Both the position numbers and the translations under genes were made by a program. A stretch of 30,757 nucleotides of DNA from assembly GCA_018304175.1 (NCBI GenBank), contig JAGVWT010000016.1, positions 1-30,757 of the forward strand. Direction: 5' to 3'. The stretch is from Candidatus Pacearchaeota archaeon (GTDB taxonomy: Archaea > Nanobdellota > Nanobdellia > Pacearchaeales > GW2011-AR1). Under the pieces are notes generated by a model. It made no database searches and was not told where the DNA came from. It worked only from the letters and a program-made list of their open reading frames with translations. How positions within the stretch are numbered: the first letter of the stretch is position 1; the number at the start of each line of letters is the position of its first letter. This document shows, piece by piece, positions 25,577 to 30,757 of the stretch.

Positions 25577-27766
25577 TTATTGGTTCTCAGCCAAACCCTT
25601 TCTGCTTCGGATTTTTCTTATAACATCTGCTTGCAGACTTGCAGGAATTTTTTCGAAGAACTGGTCAGCCAAAGATGAGTTTCCGCGACCTTCTGTCGCT
25701 GAACGCAAATCATTGCTCCATCCAATCATTTCTGAAACAGGAAGCTTTGCTTTTATTTCTGCAGTGTTTCCTTCCTGATCCACACCCATTAATTGCCCTC
25801 TCTTGCTTCCGACGAGTTTTGTGATTTCTCCCATGAATTTGTCAGGAACTTCAATAACATGAATTTGAATTGGTTCTAGCAAAGAAGGATTTGCTTTTCG
25901 CATTGCTTCTGTAATTGATTCTCTGATTGCAGGATAAACTTGCGCAGGACCACGATGAATTGCATCTTCGTGAAGCTTTGTATCAACCAAAGAAATCATG
26001 AGTTTTTCACAAGGTTCCCTTGCCAAAGGCCCTTGGTCCATAACCATTTCAAATGCATCCATAACCATTTCAATAATCTCACCAATGTGAACTTCTCCTC
26101 GTGTTTCGTCAAGCAACATATTTCCTTTGTATATCTCTTTTACATCTCTAATCATATCTCCACTCCAGCCTAATCCAGAAAGTTTGTCTGTTACTTGCTG
26201 GTTTTTCTTTTTTATTCTTCCCTGCGGTAAATCTCCGTTTTTGATAGCTTCGTAAACTTTATCATCAAGCAAACTCACTTTAATGAAAAAGCTGTTGTGT
26301 TTGTTTGGACTTCTTCCCTCGACAGAAGGGGATTCTTTCGTGATTGTTTCCCTGTAGACAATTATCGGCGACGATGTTTTAACGTCAAGTCCTTTTTCAG
26401 TTTTGATTCTGTTTTCTATAATTTCCAAATGAAGCTCACCCATTCCTGACATCAAGCTTTCTCCGGTTTGTTCATTGATTGTAATTTTAACAGATGGGTC
26501 TTCTTTCGCAACTTTTTTTAAAATTTCCACAAGTTTTGGCAAGTCTGCAGTTTTTTTAACTTCAATCGCTTTCGTGATAACCGGCTCGAAAATATGTTTC
26601 AATTCCACGAATGGAGTTTCTGGCTCAAGTGTTATTGTTTCCCCAGCTTCCCCTGTAACGCCTGCAATTGCTAAAACATTTCCCGGCCCAATTTCCTGAA
26701 GCTGTTCTGGTTTTATTCCGTTGTAAATAAAAAGCTGCTGAATTTTTTGTTTTTGTTTCGCCAGATTCAAATAAACTTCCTGTCCTGTTTTCAAAGTTCC
26801 TGAAAATAATCTTCCCGCAGAAATTTCTTTGCTACTTCTCGGATCAATTACAATTCTTGTTATGACAAATGCAATTTTTCCCTTAGGGTCGCAGTTGATA
26901 AGATTTTTTCCCATCTCGCTGTCAAGTTCGCCATGCCAAATTTTTGGAATTCTGTATTTTTGCGCATCGATGGGATTTGGAAGGTGTTTTACTACCATAT
27001 CCAAAAGAACTTCGTACAACGGAGCATTTTTCCAGACCCATTCTTTTTTTTCTTCTTCAGACATTTCGTAAAGCCTGAAAATATCTTTGAAAGTGATTCC
27101 TTTCTTCTGCATGAACGGAACAGAAAGCGCCCAGTTTTCTCTCGCTGAGCCGAACGCGACACTTCCATCTTTTATGTCAACAGCCCACTTCTCCTTGAAT
27201 TCTGAATCTGCAATTTTCTTGACGAGTTCGTTGAATTCCTGGAATATTGCTATGAATCTTTCCTGCATTTTTTCTGGAGTTAATTTCAATTCTTTTATCA
27301 AACGGTCAACTTTGTTTATAAACAAAACAGGTTTTACTCTTTCTCTTAGCGCCTGCTTGATTACAGTCTCTGTTTGTGGCATTATCCCTTCAACAGCACA
27401 AACCAAAACGATTGTTCCGTCGATAGCTCTCATAGCACGAGTAACATTTCCTCCGAAGTCAACGTGTCCCGGAGTGTCAATTAAATTAATCAAGTATTCA
27501 TTTCCGTGAAAATCGTGAACCATTGAAACATTCGCAGCGTCGACAGTCATCAATCTTTCCTGCTCATCAGAGTGCTGCCACGTCGCCATTCCCGCATCCA
27601 AGTTTCCTGCGGATTTTGCAGCCATGTGCCCTGAAGCAGCGAGAAGATTATCTGTTAAAGCTGTTTTTCCGTGGTGAATGTGCGCAGATGTCGCAATATT
27701 ACGGATATTTTTCTGAGTGCTACTAATCCTTTTTATTTTTTCAAACTGTGTTTCCTTTTCTGCCAT
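25577..27766 (-). CDS. fusA: Elongation factor 2 (aEF-2) with atypical G1 and switch I
   Basis: INLIDTPGHVDFGG.VTRAMRAIDG, NKVD, GMGELHLE and diphthamide loop LHEDAIHRGPAQ; G1 reads AHIHHGKT. Confidence 0.96.
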   Translation of the reverse strand: MAEKETQFEKIKRISSTQKNIRNIATSAHIHHGKTALTDNLLAASGHMAAKSAGNLDAGMATWQHSDEQERLMTVDAANVSMVHDFHGNEYLINLIDTPGHVDFGGNVTRAMRAIDGTIVLVCAVEGIMPQTETVIKQALRERVKPVLFINKVDRLIKELKLTPEKMQERFIAIFQEFNELVKKIADSEFKEKWAVDIKDGSVAFGSARENWALSVPFMQKKGITFKDIFRLYEMSEEEKKEWVWKNAPLYEVLLDMVVKHLPNPIDAQKYRIPKIWHGELDSEMGKNLINCDPKGKIAFVITRIVIDPRSSKEISAGRLFSGTLKTGQEVYLNLAKQKQKIQQLFIYNGIKPEQLQEIGPGNVLAIAGVTGEAGETITLEPETPFVELKHIFEPVITKAIEVKKTADLPKLVEILKKVAKEDPSVKITINEQTGESLMSGMGELHLEIIENRIKTEKGLDVKTSSPIIVYRETITKESPSVEGRSPNKHNSFFIKVSLLDDKVYEAIKNGDLPQGRIKKKNQQVTDKLSGLGWSGDMIRDVKEIYKGNMLLDETRGEVHIGEIIEMVMDAFEMVMDQGPLAREPCEKLMISLVDTKLHEDAIHRGPAQVYPAIRESITEAMRKANPSLLEPIQIHVIEVPDKFMGEITKLVGSKRGQLMGVDQEGNTAEIKAKLPVSEMIGWSNDLRSATEGRGNSSLADQFFEKIPASLQADVIRKIRSRKGLAENQ

Positions 27767-27812
27767 TTTATTATAAGCTAGAAATTAGTTTATAAAAGTT
27801 TTTGCGAAAAAA

Positions 27813-28067
27813 CTATTTGTCATAAATGTTCTTTCTGTGTCCAATTTTTAAGATATAAATTATTTTATTATTAACATCAATATCTAAAATAACCCTGTAA
27901 TCTCCAATTCTTAAGCTAAAAGCACCTATTCCTTTTAATCTTTTTATCTTGTAAAATGGTTCTTCTCTTAGTTCATTTATTTTTTTAACAATTCTTGAAG
28001 AAATCACTTGATCCAGATTATTTAATTGCCTTAGAGATTTTTCTGTCCAGTCTATTTTAAATATCAT
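27813..28067 (-). CDS. relE: RelE/ParE family toxin
   Basis: FKIDWTEKSLRQLNNLD, KRLKG..FSLRIGDYRVILDID and IGHRKNIY. Confidence 0.9.
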   Translation of the reverse strand: MIFKIDWTEKSLRQLNNLDQVISSRIVKKINELREEPFYKIKRLKGIGAFSLRIGDYRVILDIDVNNKIIYILKIGHRKNIYDK

Positions 28068-28282
28068 AAACCAAATCTTTTTTTAACTTCTTCATGAGAA
28101 ACAACTTTCCCTTTTTTTACTTCTTTTCTTGCTTCTTCTATTTCTCTCTTTGTTTTCTCGTTTAATTCTAGATTATCTTCCAAAAGCAATTCTATAACAT
28201 CATTGTAGCTAGCCTTATCAAATAGCTTCATTTTATCAAGTTGCTTTTTAACTTCCTGGGATATCCTTATTGTAGTTTCCAT
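28064..28282 (-). CDS. Cognate antitoxin (RHH-like N-terminus)
   Basis: METTIRIS..VKKQLD..K..SYNDVIELL and GKVVSHEEVKKRFGL; ATGA overlap with the toxin start. Confidence 0.85.
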   Translation of the reverse strand: METTIRISQEVKKQLDKMKLFDKASYNDVIELLLEDNLELNEKTKREIEEARKEVKKGKVVSHEEVKKRFGL

Positions 28283-28283
28283 A

Positions 28284-28303
28284 TACAATAGTATACAGTT
28301 GTA
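28284..28303. promoter_or_regulatory. Palindromic putative operator of the TA operon
   Basis: TACAA-TA-GTATAC-AG-TTGTA sits between the TATA (28306-28321) and the antitoxin ATG. Confidence 0.5.
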
Positions 28304-28366
28304 AATTATTTAAATGTTTCTTCTGACAAAAAGCATTAAAACCTTTATTTTCTTGTTTTTGTAGAC

Positions 28367-28499
28367 GCGGGGATTCCTGAGTGGTCAAAAGGGCAGGACT
28401 TAAGATGTCAGTTGTTCGTTAGGACAGCGTAAGTTGGGATCAATGCATAAGCGATCCTGTGGCTTAGTGCCTTCGGAGGTTCGAATCCTCCTCCCCGCA
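28367..28499 (+). tRNA. tRNA-Leu(TAA) with 49 nt intron (28405-28453)
   Basis: Acceptor GCGGGGA/TCCCCGC, stem CAGGA/TCCTG, BHB CTTA/TAAG with AGA and CGA bulges and a TG/CA outer helix, long variable arm. Confidence 0.93.
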
Positions 28500-28556
28500 T
28501 TTCTTAATGTTGTAAACATCAACTAGTGGATTCTTGAACTAAATCAGTTTAAACGA

Positions 28557-28599
28557 AAAAGGAAGGGGTTAGTGTAAGGGGAAACGTAGTTACCCCTCA
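28557..28599 (+). mobile_element. tRNA-associated mini-element, family B, copy 3
   Basis: AAAAGGAAGGGGTTAGTGTAAGGGGAAACGTAGTTACCCCTCA immediately precedes the duplicated tRNA-Leu 3' end. Confidence 0.55.
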
Positions 28600-28621
28600 T
28601 TTGAATCCTCCTCCCCGCATT
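28600..28621 (+). repeat. Direct repeat of the tRNA-Leu 3' end (att-like)
   Basis: TTTGAATCCTCCTCCCCGCATT versus TTCGAATCCTCCTCCCCGCATT at 28480-28501 (21/22), 120 bp apart. Confidence 0.85.
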
Positions 28622-29026
28622 ACAATATTGAAAATTCTTTAATTGCTAATGTAAAATCTTGTGTGTTTAGTGTTAAATAATATTATCAATAAGTGAGTTG
28701 AGCTTTAGCGAAGATAATTATTAAAGTTAATTAAGAGGAGATATTTTTAATTATTTAATTCTGTCGGGTGGGTGAGTGTTTTGACTTTGTCAATTTTGTT
28801 ATGTATAGCAAAGTCAGGGCGCGAGTTGGGAAAGGTTCAGTGATTAGGGGTGATTTTATAAAACGCAAATTGGGGTTTGTGGTGATGGGGTAGTATTAAT
28901 TTTTAGTGTGGCACGAGTTGGGAAAAACGCAGTGTTTCAGGAATGGGATAACAAAGCCGTGAAGCGAGGCAGTCCATCATATTTTCACATAAAAACTTTT
29001 TAACACAACAAACCAATATTATAATT

Positions 29027-29809
29027 ATGAAAAATAAACTTGAGGTTTCTGCAATTATATTTTTGATTTTGCTTCTGCTTATAATTAATTACGACTTCAT
29101 AGACGGAAAACTCGAAAGCTTTTTGAACGAAGGAGAAACAGGATTTGTTGAAAGAGTTATTGATGGCGACACTGCTGTGATAAACGGAAACTCAACAAGA
29201 CTTCTTGGAATAAATACTCCTGAGAAAGGCGAGAGATATTATGAAGAAGCAAAGAAATTTCTTGAGGACAAAACTCTGAACAAAACTGTGGCTATGAAAT
29301 TTGGGAAAGATAAAGTTGACTTATACGGAAGAAAACTTGCTTACGTGTTTTTAGGAAGAGAAAATGTAAACTTAAGACTTGTGGAAGAAGGTTTTGCAAA
29401 TTTTTATTTTCCTTCTGGAAAAGATAGTTATTATGATAAATTTGCAGAAGCTTGGGAAAAATGTATTGATTCAGACAAAAGGCTGTGTGAAAAATCAACA
29501 AACATCTGCGTTGATTGCATTGAATTGAAAAGACTTGACGACAAAAGCCAAGAAGTAATATTTTATAATAAATGCTCTTTCTCCTGTGACATAACTGGCT
29601 GGGAAATAAAAGACGAGGGAAGAAAAAAGTTTTTATTTCCGACTTTTTTTCTCAATACAAACAGTCAAGTTAAAGTGATTGTAGATGAAAAAGAAAATAG
29701 CGGGAACATACTTTATTGGAGAGGAGAAGATTATGTCTGGACTAGTTCAGGTGATACTATTTTTTTGAGGGATAGAGAAGGCAGGCTTGTAATTTGGAAG
29801 AGTTATTGA
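29027..29809 (+). CDS. Membrane-anchored thermonuclease (SNase-like) with C-terminal lamin-tail-like domain
   Basis: RVIDGDT, RLLGINTPE, DLYGRKLAYVF and LVEEGFA; C-terminal DITGWEIKD..VWTSSGDTIFLRD. Confidence 0.88.
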   Translation: MKNKLEVSAIIFLILLLLIINYDFIDGKLESFLNEGETGFVERVIDGDTAVINGNSTRLLGINTPEKGERYYEEAKKFLEDKTLNKTVAMKFGKDKVDLYGRKLAYVFLGRENVNLRLVEEGFANFYFPSGKDSYYDKFAEAWEKCIDSDKRLCEKSTNICVDCIELKRLDDKSQEVIFYNKCSFSCDITGWEIKDEGRKKFLFPTFFLNTNSQVKVIVDEKENSGNILYWRGEDYVWTSSGDTIFLRDREGRLVIWKSY

Positions 29810-29817
29810 TCACTTAA

Positions 29818-30078
29818 TTACACTTCTCTAAATTCAGGCATATGTTTTTCAATAAAATCTATGATTTCTTTTTTGTATTTTGTATTTAAAGAAATTCCAG
29901 TGTAATCTGGTTTGAGTTTAACGATTAACCAACCTTTATTCGAAAGTTCTTTGACAATTTGTTTTAAATTTTGAAATCTCTTAAAATGTTCCAATCTATC
30001 GTACTTAGCTCCCCAGTTCTTTTTTGAATAAGCAAGCTTGAACATTAACTGAGCCTTTTCTTTTTTAATAGTATCCAT
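29818..30078 (-). CDS. Small basic hypothetical protein
   Basis: 86 aa ORF with its own TATA at 30099-30114; divergent from the wHTH gene. Confidence 0.7.
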   Translation of the reverse strand: MDTIKKEKAQLMFKLAYSKKNWGAKYDRLEHFKRFQNLKQIVKELSNKGWLIVKLKPDYTGISLNTKYKKEIIDFIEKHMPEFREV

Positions 30079-30177
30079 TAATCTTTCAAGAGGGAGTTTT
30101 ATTTAAATGTTTCTGCTTTTGATAGTTTAAGAGTATTTTATAGAAATATTTATAAACCCCTTATTCATACATAAATT

Positions 30178-30507
30178 ATGGAAAACGAAAAGAGTAAATC
30201 AGCATTTTTGGAGTATTTTGGAGATACCCCTAAACTTAGATTTTTGGATTTCTTAATTGGAAATCATTTTTTTGATTTTAATATGACTGACATGGCGAAG
30301 GAAGCAGAAATAAGTTATAATTCTCTTAAAAGTTTTTTTGATGAATTTCTTGAAAAAGGCATAATCATTAAAACAAGAAGGGTGGGAAAATCAGATATGT
30401 ATAAGCTTAATATGGAAAATGAAACTGTAAAAAGATTTCTCCAGTTTGCATGGTTTTTGACTAAAAATAATTTATTGTTGAGCAAAGAACGAAAGATTTC
30501 TGTTTAG
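30178..30507 (+). CDS. Winged helix-turn-helix transcriptional regulator
   Basis: FGDTPKLRFLDFL, DMAKEAEISYNSL and GII.KTRRVGKSDMYKLN. Confidence 0.85.
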   Translation: MENEKSKSAFLEYFGDTPKLRFLDFLIGNHFFDFNMTDMAKEAEISYNSLKSFFDEFLEKGIIIKTRRVGKSDMYKLNMENETVKRFLQFAWFLTKNNLLLSKERKISV

Positions 30508-30757
30508 GGTATTTAAGTTTTATCAGAAATTAATAATTATTTTTCATTGATTTTAAATAATAACATTATAATAAACTGGAAATTTATTAAAATATTCCAA
30601 ATCAAAAGATATTTCTAAAAGTATATTTCTAAATGCAATAGTGCTTTTAAATACCATCACTATGGGATGACTATGGTGACAAAAAGAGCAAAAGAGATGA
30701 CTAATTATTTACAGCATAGTTATACGGCGTATAACGTAAAGTATAACCTCTCTCTGT

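Noticed and set aside
28782-28816. Integron attC site
   Set aside because: An inverted repeat is present, but paired RYYYAAC/GTTRRRY cores, cassettes and an integrase are not evident.
28761-28980. RNase P or SRP RNA
   Set aside because: GAGGCAGTCC only loosely resembles GAGGAAAGUCC and is at the wrong end; no SRP helix 8 motif was seen.
366-29501. Numerous 60-157 aa ORFs antisense to or nested in core genes
   Set aside because: They lie within well-supported genes and show no motifs; treated as shadow ORFs.
30667-30757. Open frame at the window end as an IS200 TnpA start
   Set aside because: HSYTAYNVKYNLSL only faintly recalls the TnpA N-terminus, lacks the YH(L/F)VW core, and is truncated at 30 codons.

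Overview
AT-rich archaeal core-genome window, most likely from a DPANN archaeon (Nanoarchaeota/Pacearchaeota-like; this is an inference from gene content and compact architecture). Housekeeping genes: class II purE plus an extended purC, rps6e, aIF5B, thermosome, EF-1alpha, EF-2 and four tRNAs. tRNA-Ser(CGA) has no intron; tRNA-Gly(GCC), -Tyr(GTA) and -Leu(TAA) carry 49-76 nt introns at position 37/38. A ~9 kb redox/Fe-S block holds DUF1858, Mn-type SOD, DsbA/DsbB and a sufB-sufS-sufU-sufC-FNR operon without sufD, with two divergent regulators. There are also secreted hydrolases (two matrixins, a thermonuclease-LTD) and a RelBE pair. Most interesting observations: (1) a ~40 nt mini-element found three times, always at a tRNA gene: inside the tRNA-Gly intron and beside duplicated ends of tRNA-Ser and tRNA-Leu; (2) a second family of multi-hairpin intergenic elements with compensatory changes; (3) an EF-2 with both putative monovalent-cation ligands replaced (AHIHHGKT, RLMT); (4) a repeat-built acidic ORF lying in frame behind the EF-1alpha UGA stop. 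All product calls come from motif recognition by eye; no database searches were run.
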